From positions 159,294-222,252 of the forward strand of contig DAISWO010000002.1 of NCBI GenBank assembly GCA_036826295.1: a DNA stretch of 62,959 bases, in the 5' to 3' direction. Each line of letters begins with the position of its first letter. Within the stretch, counting starts at the first letter, position 1. Shown in pieces: positions 1 to 10,089 of the stretch. Both the position numbers and the translations under genes were made by a program. The notes under the pieces were generated by a model. The model saw only the letters and a program-made list of their open reading frames with translations, made no database searches and was not told where the DNA came from. Source of the stretch: Candidatus Saccharimonadota bacterium. Its GTDB lineage: Bacteria; Patescibacteriota; Saccharimonadia; Saccharimonadales; JAGQNJ01.

Positions 1-503
1 ATCGGTGATATGAGGTCGATTACTTTAATGCCGGTCTCTAGGATTTCAGTTTCGCCTGATTGCTCGGATAGGGCAGGGGGAGCACGGTGAATCGGCGCAG
101 TCTTACTAGTTACAGCTTTTTTGCCGTCGATTGGCTCGCCAACAACATTGAACATCCGGCCAAGCGTATCTTTACCGATCGGGACACTAATTGGCGCACC
201 GGTATCGATAACCTTCGCGCCACGCTCTAATCCATCTGTCGAGCTAAGCGAAATAGCTCTAATGCTAGTCTCGCTAAGGTGTTGAGCAACCTCAAGCACT
301 ATCTTCTTGCCATCTCCGCCAGCTGGCGGATCGATTTTTAGAGCGTTGTAGATTGCTGGCAGTTTGCCTTCGCCAAAATCAACATCTACGACCACACCTA
401 CAACCTGCGTTACCTGTCCGTCCTGTCGGCCAGACAGGCGGGCTCTTCCATTATTACTGGCTGTTGGTTGTTTATTATTCGCTGTTTTTACTGCTGTTGT
501 CAT
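1..503 (-). CDS. atpD: ATP synthase F1 beta subunit, N-terminal part (runs off the window)
   Basis: Manual translation from ATG at 503 (SD AGGAGA upstream) gives ...GQVTQVVGVVVDVDF...PIHRAPP...EILETGIKVIDLISP. Absent from the ORF track because there is no stop in the window. Confidence 0.95.
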   Translation of the reverse strand, partial: MTTAVKTANNKQPTASNNGRARLSGRQDGQVTQVVGVVVDVDFGEGKLPAIYNALKIDPPAGGDGKKIVLEVAQHLSETSIRAISLSSTDGLERGAKVIDTGAPISVPIGKDTLGRMFNVVGEPIDGKKAVTSKTAPIHRAPPALSEQSGETEILETGIKVIDLISP

Positions 504-563
504 TTATTCTCCTATTATAACTTAACTATTATTTGATCAGCACTTGGCGTATCTATACTCAAT

Positions 564-1241
564 CTATCTATTCCTCCACTCTGGATTTTCGCTAGCTTGT
601 GCTTTAAGGACAGCTCTTTTCCTTCTTTTCATAAATTCTTCAAACAATTCTCTCTCTGTATCAGGTATATACACATCCGGCAAAACGCCAGCCTCTGATA
701 AAAATCGAGAAAGCGCCGTTACTAACCCCTTACCTTCAACTAAGTTAGTATCTAAATCATCACCCCGCAAGTCTTCTGGTACTTCCTTCGAAAAAGCTAA
801 ATCATTAACTTGATCAGTCCATGCTGCCCTTAATCCTATTGCAGTTACGTTCTGTGCCGATTGCGTATATCCAAATGCCTTCTTTTCTTTGACTGGTGTA
901 AGTAGTGCGTCTTGAAGTACCGTCTCAAAACATGGTTGACTTCTAGCAATATCAATAACTCTCTCTTCTAGTAGCATATTTTGTAGAGAACTGCGGATAT
1001 CACCCCGTGTGCGCGCTCCTAGACCTTCTGCTAGATGTTCACCAACACTCGCCACACCAACACTAACCAGTGTAGTAGTAAGCTCTTGTGCAGACAGACC
1101 TTCTTTCTGCGAACACCAGAACGTTAATTCACGCGCATCTTCAGCTATCATATCTGGAATTAGTCCATACATTCCTCTCCACTCCTCATCGTGACCTGGC
1201 ATATAATAATCATCTAGCCGAAACTCTTCTGTTGTTCTCAC
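564..1241 (-). CDS. hypothetical protein within atp operon
   Basis: Long ORF. Likely start is GTG at 1241 (GTGA overlap with the upstream stop, GGAGAGG SD) rather than 1298. Confidence 0.7.
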   Translation of the reverse strand: MRTTEEFRLDDYYMPGHDEEWRGMYGLIPDMIAEDARELTFWCSQKEGLSAQELTTTLVSVGVASVGEHLAEGLGARTRGDIRSSLQNMLLEERVIDIARSQPCFETVLQDALLTPVKEKKAFGYTQSAQNVTAIGLRAAWTDQVNDLAFSKEVPEDLRGDDLDTNLVEGKGLVTALSRFLSEAGVLPDVYIPDTERELFEEFMKRRKRAVLKAQASENPEWRNR

Positions 1242-1723
1242 TTCGCCTCTCCTGATTCGGTTGGCTGGGTACTTCCCAACATACCGCCAACATACCACTG
1301 GGTAAGTTCACGATCTGGATAACTTGGGACTAAAACAGAAGAATAATCTGAGTACAAACCACTAAGCAAGTCATTATGATTCTCAACTACGATCATGGAC
1401 GCCAAAGTAGCAATATCACTACAACGAACAAAAGTATGGTCATCGGCCAAATCCCCGGCAGTAAGAGTTGCTATCGCGTAAGTATCGATTAGACTTCGAT
1501 GGAATTCTAGAGCCATGGCACCGCAAACTTCTGCAGCATCAAGTCGGGCTTTATCCCAAGCAATTTCGATTTTAGTCTCTCGCGATCCCGGCAAAGGCGC
1601 CCAATACGAATCATCATCTAATACTTGCTGTCGCCACTCTGCTGTTCCTAGACGTATTTCTTCGTGACGTATTTCCCACGCTTTGTCTAAATCTGCTGGT
1701 GATGTATCGTAATTATCTATCAT
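1238..1723 (-). CDS. hypothetical acidic protein within atp operon
   Basis: 161-aa ORF, ATGA overlap with the atpG stop. Confidence 0.7.
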   Translation of the reverse strand: MIDNYDTSPADLDKAWEIRHEEIRLGTAEWRQQVLDDDSYWAPLPGSRETKIEIAWDKARLDAAEVCGAMALEFHRSLIDTYAIATLTAGDLADDHTFVRCSDIATLASMIVVENHNDLLSGLYSDYSSVLVPSYPDRELTQWYVGGMLGSTQPTESGEAK

Positions 1724-2589
1724 TTTATGGCCTCCGCTCCGCCGGTTATTTCTGCTAATTCTTGGGTTATACCGGCTTGTCTAGCGGTGTTAAATGCCAA
1801 AGTCAGGTCATCCACCAAGTCATTGGCGTTATCTGTAGCATTTTTCATAGCCATCATACGCATAGAGTGCTCTGACGCCTGTGACTCTAAAAATGCCTGG
1901 CTCAACTGCGCTTCAACAAGGCGGACTGTAATGTTATCAAGTACTGCTTTAGGCGAAGGCTCAAATTCTGCTAGATCCATATCGCTACCCACTGGATTGT
2001 GAGTATAAGAGACGGGTAGAAGACGGTCATATTTTACTTCCTGAACAATACTAGATTTGAAGTCGGTATATAGTATGTCCGCTAGGTCAATATCCTTTTT
2101 CTCGAACTTCTCTGTAATCATGTTAAGAATTGGACGGATATCGTTAGCAGTTGGGCTCTCGGGGAAGTCACGGTACACAGCTACTACCTCAATGTCATCA
2201 AGCCTAGCGATAAATCTTGCTGCTTGTTTACCAACTACAATAACTTCGCTTTTCACTTTTTGCTCTTTATCAACTTTTAGCTCTTTGGCAAGTTGCCTTA
2301 GCACGTTACTGTTGTACGCTCCAGCTAACCCACGATCACTGGTGATTACAATATGAAGTCGAGTTTTTACAACGTGCCGAATTCTAAACAGCGGGTGCTT
2401 ATCCACGTCCGTTAGTTGTCTCAGTCGATTAAGGATTTCATTTGCTAGATTTCTAAAATCGCGGGATTTTGCAGCAGCATCTTGAGCTTTGCGCATTTTG
2501 CTGGCAGCCACAAGCTCCATAGCTTTAGTAATCTGCTTGGTGTTAGAAACACTCGTAATCCGTCGTTTTAGTTGCTGTGTACTTGCCAT
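1720..2589 (-). CDS. atpG: ATP synthase F1 gamma subunit
   Basis: KQITKAMELVAASK, SDRGLAGAYN, RMMAMKNATDNA, RQAGITQELAEI motifs. Confidence 0.98.
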   Translation of the reverse strand: MASTQQLKRRITSVSNTKQITKAMELVAASKMRKAQDAAAKSRDFRNLANEILNRLRQLTDVDKHPLFRIRHVVKTRLHIVITSDRGLAGAYNSNVLRQLAKELKVDKEQKVKSEVIVVGKQAARFIARLDDIEVVAVYRDFPESPTANDIRPILNMITEKFEKKDIDLADILYTDFKSSIVQEVKYDRLLPVSYTHNPVGSDMDLAEFEPSPKAVLDNITVRLVEAQLSQAFLESQASEHSMRMMAMKNATDNANDLVDDLTLAFNTARQAGITQELAEITGGAEAIK

Positions 2590-2592
2590 AAA

Positions 2593-2916
2593 CTACTTAT
2601 CCTCCCTTAGGGTTTCGACGGTGAATTGGTGACCTATTTTCATACCAAGTAGTACATTTGGTTGGCATTGCATACGGAGATCATCAATAACGTCAAGATC
2701 ACTGCAATCAGGTAACGTTTCGTGAGCAAGAATTGACCCTATTCTAATCATGTAGTCTTCAACGCATTGCCAGGCCGAACCTTTTTTCGGAAAAGGGTTT
2801 TCTACAGATACCTTGGGTGAAAACCCAGGTGCGGTTAGTGTTTCTAATGCATAGCCTAGCTCTCCCATTCTAAAATCAGTTGCCATAGAACCGCCTAATT
2901 CGAATATTATTGGCAT
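2593..2916 (-). CDS. hypothetical protein within atp operon
   Basis: 107-aa ORF with TAATG overlap with the atpA stop; its 3' end contains the atpG SD. Confidence 0.6.
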   Translation of the reverse strand: MPIIFELGGSMATDFRMGELGYALETLTAPGFSPKVSVENPFPKKGSAWQCVEDYMIRIGSILAHETLPDCSDLDVIDDLRMQCQPNVLLGMKIGHQFTVETLREDK

Positions 2917-4445
2917 TAGTTCTCCTGATACTCCTTGGCAATTTCATTAGCTGTATCTACGATTATCTTCTGCATTTTATCGTCTGGTTTATCGCCTTTA
3001 TCAAGAGCTGTCATTTCTTTTTTAAACTGCGAGTGAAGGGCTGAGAGTAGGGCATCTTTGGCTTTTTTGATGTTATCAATCGAAATGCCGTCAAATGCAC
3101 CTTCGTTAGCCGCCATTAGTAGGGCAGTCTGTTGCCAAACTGAAAGTGGTGAATACTGGGGTTGTTTGAGTAATTCTGTTAGACGCTGGCCGCGTTCAAT
3201 ACGTTGTTTTGTCTCTTCGTCTAAGTCTGTCGAGAACTGGCTAAAGGCCGCAAGCTCACGAAATTGCGCTAGAGACAGTCGCAAGTTACCGGCAACACTT
3301 TTAACAGCTTTAGTCTGCGCCGAACCACCCACACGCGATACCGACAAACCAACTGAGATAGCCGGTCGGATACCCTGATAGAACAAGTTTGTCTCCATGA
3401 ATATCTGTCCATCAGTAATCGAGATAACGTTAGTAGGGATGTAGGCGCTAATATCGCCAGCCTGAGTCTCGATAATCGGTAGGGCAGTAAGCGAACCTCC
3501 ACCTAATTTATCACTAAGTTTTGCTGAGCGTTCTAGCAGGCGGGAGTGAAGATAAAACACATCTCCCGGATAAGCCTCTCGACCTGGCGGACGACGGAGT
3601 AACAGCGACATCTGGCGATAAGCAACCGCATGCTTCGATAGATCATCGTAGATAATCAACGCGTGTTGAGCGTTATCGCGGAAGTATTCTCCCATTGCTG
3701 TGCCAGAATATGGTGCCAGATATTGCATACTGGCTGGGTCGGAAGCGGAAGTAGCAATAATTATCGATTGATCCATCACGCCTTCGCGCTTCAATCGTTC
3801 GGCAAGACGCGCAACTTTACTTAGTTTTTGACCTACGGCTACATAAATATTAATAACACCTGTTCCTTGTTTGTGCTGGTTAATCATAGTGTCAATAGCA
3901 ATGGCAGTTTTTCCTGTTTGTCGATCACCAATGATAAGTTCTCGCTGACCGCGTCCGATAGGGACCATGGCGTCAACTGACATCAGACCAGTCATTAATG
4001 GCTCATGGACACTTTTTCGATCCAAAACACCTGGCGCAGAACGCTCGACTGGACTAGTATTCTTCGTTTTTATCGGACCCTTATTATCCAACGGTCTACC
4101 AAGAGGGTCGACAATACGTCCGACTAATTCTGGACCTACGGGTACTTCTAGAACTTTTCCTGATAATCGCACTTTTGCACCCGCTTTGACTTCAACATCC
4201 TCGCCAAGTAGTACTAGACCAATCTCATCTTCCATTAAGTTAAGCGCAAAGGCAGGAACAGCACCGTTTAGCCCATCAATTTCAACCATTTCAGCAAAAC
4301 CACACTTGTACAAGCCGTAGACCCACGCAATGCCGTCTCCAACCCTCGTTACTACACCGACATTCTCAACTTCGGGAGTGTTTTTTAACGCCTCGATCGC
4401 TTGCCGTATATCTGATGATAATTCTTTTACTGATAAATCTTTCAC
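2916..4445 (-). CDS. atpA: ATP synthase F1 alpha subunit
   Basis: GDRQTGKT Walker [24 protein letters not shown]. Confidence 0.99.
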   Translation of the reverse strand: MKDLSVKELSSDIRQAIEALKNTPEVENVGVVTRVGDGIAWVYGLYKCGFAEMVEIDGLNGAVPAFALNLMEDEIGLVLLGEDVEVKAGAKVRLSGKVLEVPVGPELVGRIVDPLGRPLDNKGPIKTKNTSPVERSAPGVLDRKSVHEPLMTGLMSVDAMVPIGRGQRELIIGDRQTGKTAIAIDTMINQHKQGTGVINIYVAVGQKLSKVARLAERLKREGVMDQSIIIATSASDPASMQYLAPYSGTAMGEYFRDNAQHALIIYDDLSKHAVAYRQMSLLLRRPPGREAYPGDVFYLHSRLLERSAKLSDKLGGGSLTALPIIETQAGDISAYIPTNVISITDGQIFMETNLFYQGIRPAISVGLSVSRVGGSAQTKAVKSVAGNLRLSLAQFRELAAFSQFSTDLDEETKQRIERGQRLTELLKQPQYSPLSVWQQTALLMAANEGAFDGISIDNIKKAKDALLSALHSQFKKEMTALDKGDKPDDKMQKIIVDTANEIAKEYQEN

Positions 4446-4834
4446 TATGCTATTACTCCTTCTCGTAACTTATTAAGTCGGTTGCGTACGGTTAGATCCA
4501 GCAACTTTGCGCTAGTCTCCACTCGAACACCACCGACGACTGATTCGTCTAGGATATTGTTAGTAACATACGAATCCGTATCTATTAATTTCATAATTTT
4601 ACTGACTGTTGATTGGTCAAGTTTCTGCGCACTAGTTAAGTTAACTTCGACAACGCCAGTTGTATCTTCTCTGATTGAGCCTATTTCTCTAACAATCGCA
4701 TCTAATTCGTTTGAGCGATGATTTTCAATCAAATATGCTGCCAGTAAAGTTGCCGACTTCTTAGTCGAGTATTTCTTAGTAAGCTCTAATGTTGCTTGGG
4801 CAATTTGTCTTTTTGTCGGTTTACTCATAATCAA
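4445..4834 (-). CDS. atpH: ATP synthase F1 delta subunit (short form)
   Basis: Position before atpA; [12 protein letters not shown]...LDLTVRNRL matches the delta C-terminal domain. Confidence 0.85.
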   Translation of the reverse strand: MIMSKPTKRQIAQATLELTKKYSTKKSATLLAAYLIENHRSNELDAIVREIGSIREDTTGVVEVNLTSAQKLDQSTVSKIMKLIDTDSYVTNNILDESVVGGVRVETSAKLLDLTVRNRLNKLREGVIA

Positions 4835-5196
4835 CTTAACCCCAATCTTTTATCGATTGGCCGGACATATACTAAGTACCCTAGCCATTCGACAGTAGCA
4901 TCTCTTAAAGCATCGTTGGGAGTAGCATCTGTAGACTCAACGAGACCGTCTAGCCATTCACTATAACCACGTTGCACTCGTCCTCTAAGAGTATCCAGAC
5001 CATCATATGGAAAATCATATGCCGCACCCCTAACTCCTAGATTATCTTCGTGGAGGAATCCATAGCTCCCAGTTTCCGCTCCTTGGTTAGATAATGGGAG
5101 ATAGTTCTCTCCTTCCATTAAATCTTGCGCAAGACGAAAACCCTCGCTAGAGACTAATGAAAGAATTGGCTCAACAGGCCTGCGGAACAACGTCAT
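4831..5196 (-). CDS. hypothetical protein within atp operon
   Basis: 121-aa ORF overlapping the atpF stop and the atpH start by 4 nt each. Confidence 0.6.
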   Translation of the reverse strand: MTLFRRPVEPILSLVSSEGFRLAQDLMEGENYLPLSNQGAETGSYGFLHEDNLGVRGAAYDFPYDGLDTLRGRVQRGYSEWLDGLVESTDATPNDALRDATVEWLGYLVYVRPIDKRLGLS

Positions 5197-5735
5197 GATA
5201 ATTCTTTCATTGTTTTACCCAAGAGATCAGCATCAGCCTTGGAATCTAGTTTTGTCTTAATTATCGCTTCGGTTGCTTCGGCAACAAGACCGCGCATTTC
5301 TTTCTCTAAGCCTACTCTGGCTTTATCAATGTCTTCTTCAATTTTTACGTGCGCATCAGCTAACATCATATCGGCTTTTCGATTCGCAACGTCTTCTGCT
5401 TCTTTTATCACTGATCCTGCTTCTTCGTGTGAATCGGCGATGATTTTATCAGACTCTATTCGGGCTTCTTTTAATGTAGCTTTTACTTTTTCATCTAATT
5501 GTTCTTTTTCGGCCTCCATCTCTCGACCCAAACGAATACCGTCTTCAATTGTTTTTCGCCTAGATTCTAGAGTTGTGACAATTTTTGTTAATGCAAATTT
5601 CTTAATAATGAAGAAGAGAAGGAGGAAAGTGGCAGCCTGCGCCAAAATGGCTAGTGGATCAATACCAAGCGCCCCAATACCCGACACTTCTTCAGTGCTG
5701 GCGAATATTGTTATTATTTGACTATAATCTACCAC
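5193..5735 (-). CDS. atpF: ATP synthase Fo b subunit
   Basis: One N-terminal TM helix followed by a charged coiled coil; operon position. Confidence 0.93.
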   Translation of the reverse strand: MVDYSQIITIFASTEEVSGIGALGIDPLAILAQAATFLLLFFIIKKFALTKIVTTLESRRKTIEDGIRLGREMEAEKEQLDEKVKATLKEARIESDKIIADSHEEAGSVIKEAEDVANRKADMMLADAHVKIEEDIDKARVGLEKEMRGLVAEATEAIIKTKLDSKADADLLGKTMKELS

Positions 5736-5762
5736 TTTATCTCCTTAATTGTTCTTCGTATA

Positions 5763-6011
5763 TTATGCAAGCAAGAAAGCACCTAACAAGAATGCAAGTA
5801 GCGCTGTAACTTCAATCATCGCAGCGATAATCACGATCTGACCGGCTGCTTTACCAGCTTCTGGATTGCGCCCAAGCGCTTTCATGTAATTTGCACCAAG
5901 CCAACCCAATGAGAAGGCAGCAGCACCAAGTGCTATACCAAGCATTATGCCTTTAGCCATAATGTCATTGCTGGCAGCTTCAGCTGCAAATGTTGTTAAT
6001 TGTGGAACCAT
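5763..6011 (-). CDS. atpE: ATP synthase Fo c subunit
   Basis: Helical hairpin with GRNPEA loop and essential Glu (AAMIEV). Confidence 0.95.
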   Translation of the reverse strand: MVPQLTTFAAEAASNDIMAKGIMLGIALGAAAFSLGWLGANYMKALGRNPEAGKAAGQIVIIAAMIEVTALLAFLLGAFLLA

Positions 6012-6055
6012 ATATCTTTCCCCTTAATTATTATTTGGTTTACCATTTTTCATGA

Positions 6056-6907
6056 CTAATGCGCTCCTTCGACCTGTTTAGAGGCATCAATACGGTCATG
6101 ATCTGATTCGGAGCCGTGGTCATCGGCGTGGGATATCGCAAGTCCCAGATACGTTGCTGATAATACTGTAAATACGTAGGCCTGTATACCCGCAACTAAT
6201 ACTTCGAATAAAATTATAGGTAATGCTGCAAGTGGCGTTCGACCGCCGGACAAGACAAGGGAGGTAAATACAGCTATCAAAATCTCGCCAACAGCTGTAT
6301 TCAAAAACAACCTTAAACTCAAGCTGAGTATCCTAGTTAATTCGCCAAATACTTCTAATATCCCGATAAAAAAGTTCAGAGGATTCCATGGTTTATTCGT
6401 AAAGTAATGCTGAAGGTGTTTTTTTCCACCTTGTTCTTTAATCGATAATACTTGGACCATTAAAATTGCTGCAACTGCCATTGCGATAGTTGCATTCAAA
6501 TCAGCTGTGAAAGGTCGAAACAGGGGAGTTGCGACGCCTTGATAAGATATTTCAACAGATGGCCCTACTACCGGTAATAGACCGAAAGTGTTTGTTATTA
6601 GGATGAATACAAAAAAACTCCCGAAAATAGGAGCATATTTTATGGCGCGGGCTCGAGAGCCAAAGACGCCTTCAAGCATTGAGAGAATGTAGTCCATAAT
6701 CATCTCAATAAATTGCGAAAAGCCTTTTTTTGGCTCAATCTTGATTCTTCTGGCAGCCCAAACTAATAGGCTTATGATAAAAATTGATGTCAATAGACCA
6801 TAAAGCATAGAGTTAGTAATTGTTAGCGGGCCAATTTGAGCAATCGGTTCGGCCTTTAAACTAACGTGAATGTCGCTAGGCGCAAAACGAACTAAAGAAC
6901 CTAACAT
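6056..6907 (-). CDS. atpB: ATP synthase Fo a subunit
   Basis: PFTADLN, LSLSLRLFLN (essential Arg), IQAYVFTVL. Confidence 0.96.
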   Translation of the reverse strand: MLGSLVRFAPSDIHVSLKAEPIAQIGPLTITNSMLYGLLTSIFIISLLVWAARRIKIEPKKGFSQFIEMIMDYILSMLEGVFGSRARAIKYAPIFGSFFVFILITNTFGLLPVVGPSVEISYQGVATPLFRPFTADLNATIAMAVAAILMVQVLSIKEQGGKKHLQHYFTNKPWNPLNFFIGILEVFGELTRILSLSLRLFLNTAVGEILIAVFTSLVLSGGRTPLAALPIILFEVLVAGIQAYVFTVLSATYLGLAISHADDHGSESDHDRIDASKQVEGAH

Positions 6908-7030
6908 TGTTGGTCCTCCTCATAATTCCGATTTGTCGTCGGCAAACTGTCGGCGGCTGTTTTCATTTACGTATGTTTACTATATACAAACTGGCCTCTG
7001 TACGCAAGGGGTATATAATGAAGTGTTTGT

Positions 7031-7546
7031 TTACAATTTTTCGGCTTGCTTTGCGTTGCAAAAAACTTCTACAGATTGTTCAACTGCTGTTAAGAGTCCG
7101 AGCGCCAGCTTTTCGTCAAAACCGTCATTAATTAGAGCAGGCGAGAATGATTCAACTATCGGATCTAGATGCGGTTTGACCCCAGGAAGATGACCGAATC
7201 CTTCAGGGAATTCACCAAAGCTCCATGTTGCACGCAAATATGGTCCAACAGGGTGGCTAGAAATCTGTAAATAAGTAGCGGGACTTTTTTGTCTAGCAGG
7301 TGAAACTTCAACAACATTTGTCGAAAGCTCATTTTTAATAGTTGGGACAGTATCTTTCCTGCCAGGATCATATCTTTCTTCAAAATACGGCGTGATTCTT
7401 GTAATTGCAGCATCCCAACGTTCTTGGGGTGTTAACTGGCTCTCGGATTCAACCAAATCTCTGGGGTCTCTCAACCTTATTGCCTTGGCCTCTATGCTTC
7501 TAATTGTCTTTGCTCTTTTAAGTTCCATGAAAAGTATCCTATACAA
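7031..7546 (-). CDS. hypothetical protein
   Basis: 171-aa ORF, no recognised motif. Confidence 0.55.
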   Translation of the reverse strand: MYRILFMELKRAKTIRSIEAKAIRLRDPRDLVESESQLTPQERWDAAITRITPYFEERYDPGRKDTVPTIKNELSTNVVEVSPARQKSPATYLQISSHPVGPYLRATWSFGEFPEGFGHLPGVKPHLDPIVESFSPALINDGFDEKLALGLLTAVEQSVEVFCNAKQAEKL

Positions 7547-7665
7547 ATAAATATTTCAGTGCAAGCATAACGATTATTAAATCTAAGACATACAATGCGA
7601 CTTTACAATGTATAGTTACTTTGATATTATGTTATTGCTTAACTAATTAGAAAGAGAGGCCGATA

Positions 7666-7893
7666 ATGATAACTGTATATTCAACACCAACTTGTGGTTT
7701 TTGCCACGCATTAAAATCATATTTAAAAGACAAGAAGATAGAATTCAAAGAAAAAGACCTAACCACAGATGAATCTGCCGCAAAATGGGTTTATGACCAT
7801 ACAGGGCAACTAGCCGTCCCAGTAACTGATATTGATGGCAAAATTATCGTTGGTTTTGATCGTCCTAGTATCGACGCCGCGCTAGCTGGCTAA
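7666..7893 (+). CDS. glutaredoxin / NrdH-like redoxin
   Basis: CGFC active site, GQLAVPV, IVGFD. Confidence 0.92.
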   Translation: MITVYSTPTCGFCHALKSYLKDKKIEFKEKDLTTDESAAKWVYDHTGQLAVPVTDIDGKIIVGFDRPSIDAALAG

Positions 7894-7934
7894 TGTGAGA
7901 AATATCACAGTAAATATTCACGCTTTTCTCTAAA

Positions 7935-8543
7935 ATGTTAATTATGACTGAGGCGTATTCAAACCAAATGCCAATCACACCACCCGATAATACTCAGAGG
8001 CTGCCGAATCACGGCGACACATTAGACAATGACGGCCTCCAGGGGCCGTTTTTAGTTATAGAAGGGGACCGACCGCCAGATATAGTATTTGATAATGTAA
8101 ATACTGAGCAATTCTTGCCAACTACATCAGTTATCGAGACAACTGACGATGCGCGACTTCGTACAGGACTACGAAATATTGCAGAACAAATCGATGATCC
8201 AGAAACCGCACAGACGTATTTAAGCCCGAGCCATAGAGACAAGAAACGCACGAGCGCAAAAACTTTTTTCGCTACCAAAGTACCAATCAATGAGCGGATG
8301 GTAAAACGAGAGGAGCTGATTGATCTAGACACCGCCGTCTCGCACGTGGTTGCGAGGTTAATGGACGATAACGACCCAGTAACTCAGTACATCTCTCAAT
8401 TAATTGACGAACTGAGAGAGAAAGAGGACGTCAATGTTGGGGCTTTGAATGCATTCTTAAGATCGCTCTTGATCGTTACTCACTGGACAGAATTCCGTAC
8501 GGCATGCAAGGAACAAATCGAGGACAAAAAACACGGGTTATAA
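7935..8543 (+). CDS. hypothetical protein
   Basis: 202-aa ORF, no recognised motif. Confidence 0.6.
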   Translation: MLIMTEAYSNQMPITPPDNTQRLPNHGDTLDNDGLQGPFLVIEGDRPPDIVFDNVNTEQFLPTTSVIETTDDARLRTGLRNIAEQIDDPETAQTYLSPSHRDKKRTSAKTFFATKVPINERMVKREELIDLDTAVSHVVARLMDDNDPVTQYISQLIDELREKEDVNVGALNAFLRSLLIVTHWTEFRTACKEQIEDKKHGL

Positions 8544-8566
8544 AAACGCATGATATCCTAGGTAGC

Positions 8567-9139
8567 ATGGGAACATTTGATGACTTTAAACAAAAAGATT
8601 CAGTCGTTATTGTCTACACGGGAGAAGGCAAGGGTAAGACTAGTGCTAGCATGGGGCTGATGGCCCGCGCTTTAGGCACTGGTTGGTCAGTGGCGTTCAT
8701 TCAATTTATCAAGCATTGGGAAGTTGGAGAGCACAAGTTTATCGCGGATATCCAGCCATTATACAAATCAAAACTGCTTTTTTATAAAGGCGGGAAGGGT
8801 TTTTATAACGCTGGTAAGCTTAGCGCCAAAGGAATTACGAAAGCCGAACATAAACAAGCCGCCAAAGAAACATATGATCAGGCAATGAAAGCAGCCGTCA
8901 GTGGCAAATATCAGGTAGTAATTTGTGACGAGATCAACAACGCCCTAAATGACGGATTACTGACAAAAGCTCAAGTCAAAAAACTGATAAAATCAAAGCA
9001 CGCGAATACCAGCCTGTGTCTAACTGGCCGAAACTTCCCGAACGACTTACTGCCACTCGTAGACATCGCGACTAATATGACAAAGCTAAAACATCACTTT
9101 GATGATAAATTTCTAGCCAACAAAGGTATCGACTACTGA
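8567..9139 (+). CDS. cobO: cob(I)yrinic acid a,c-diamide adenosyltransferase (CobO/BtuR family)
   Basis: YTGEGKGKT, FIQFIK, ICDEINNAL, LTGRNFP motifs; start moved to ATG at 8567. Confidence 0.88.
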   Translation: MGTFDDFKQKDSVVIVYTGEGKGKTSASMGLMARALGTGWSVAFIQFIKHWEVGEHKFIADIQPLYKSKLLFYKGGKGFYNAGKLSAKGITKAEHKQAAKETYDQAMKAAVSGKYQVVICDEINNALNDGLLTKAQVKKLIKSKHANTSLCLTGRNFPNDLLPLVDIATNMTKLKHHFDDKFLANKGIDY

Positions 9140-10023
9140 TTTTTAGCTGTTTGTTTGGCGCGAGCTCGTCTTTCCTTGCGATTCGGTGCAAAATATCTCT
9201 CTTGTTCTTCTGGTTGAGTATTTTTGTAATCTCTTAAGGCCCAAGCCGCATCTTCTTTTAGTTTCCGGTGAGTGGCAACAGGCGAGCGCTCTGTCAGATA
9301 TGTTTTCGGATCAAGATGCTTTTTTAAGTTTCGCTTAATCCTTGCCCGAGCAATACTATCTTCAGAGCTGATCGGTAGGGTTGCAAGGCCAATATTAAGT
9401 CCGACTATTCCTAGTAACACTGTTAATGGGTCTCCCCATGCGCGGTCCTTTGCGCTTTGGTCAACATAATCTTGAACAGTTGATTCCTGCAGATCTTCTA
9501 GAGATACGATTTCCATAGAGAGCCAGTTGTCTGTAGTCTTTACATCATTTACCCAGATCAATATATCACTGGCTGGGCTGTCGTAGCCGCACACACCGTT
9601 ATTTCTCGTAGTGTCTGATACTTCTGCAAGTACCACGGCTGTCTCAAAATTATCATCTGGCGTTTCTTCCAAACTATTACGGATGAGCACAAGGCAGTCA
9701 GGGGCCTCGTCAAAACGAACTTCTAACTCTTTGACAGTGGCCATTGAGATAGCTACATAATCTTCCGCTTGAGCAATATCGCCATCACGTTCAATATTTG
9801 CTTCCGCTAACGCATCGTTATATTTGTCGTCAGAATACTGATCCAACGTGTTGCCACCAGCTATGCCAGCAGCCGTAAATGCTGTCGTCCATACCGCACC
9901 CACTACGAAATTCCGTAGCCCAACAAATCGAATATCGCGTACCGCTTCAGGTACATTTAAATTTGCAGGTTCAAATCCGGACTCGTACGGATGAGCTTCA
10001 TAAACAGGGGCCTCGATAGTCAT
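9133..10023 (-). CDS. hypothetical membrane protein with two TM segments flanking an acidic domain
   Basis: Two hydrophobic stretches and a basic C-terminus; start moved to ATG at 10023. Confidence 0.65.
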   Translation of the reverse strand: MTIEAPVYEAHPYESGFEPANLNVPEAVRDIRFVGLRNFVVGAVWTTAFTAAGIAGGNTLDQYSDDKYNDALAEANIERDGDIAQAEDYVAISMATVKELEVRFDEAPDCLVLIRNSLEETPDDNFETAVVLAEVSDTTRNNGVCGYDSPASDILIWVNDVKTTDNWLSMEIVSLEDLQESTVQDYVDQSAKDRAWGDPLTVLLGIVGLNIGLATLPISSEDSIARARIKRNLKKHLDPKTYLTERSPVATHRKLKEDAAWALRDYKNTQPEEQERYFAPNRKERRARAKQTAKNQ

Positions 10024-10089
10024 ATTGCGCAATATTATGCACCTTATTCTAGATAATGCAATTCCCGTCAACAATGATAGTATTTTACT

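Noticed and set aside
1241-1298. ORF-track starts at 1298, 8504, 10074, 12985, 23959, 36282, 47501 and 51970
   Set aside because: Downstream starts with SD, stop/start coupling or promoter spacing are more plausible; coordinates were adjusted in features.
544-6000. Plus-strand ORFs (544, 1009, 1727, 2057, 3058, 3967, 4482, 5239) over the atp operon
   Set aside because: Antisense shadows of well-supported minus-strand genes; Ser/Leu-rich with no SD or motifs.
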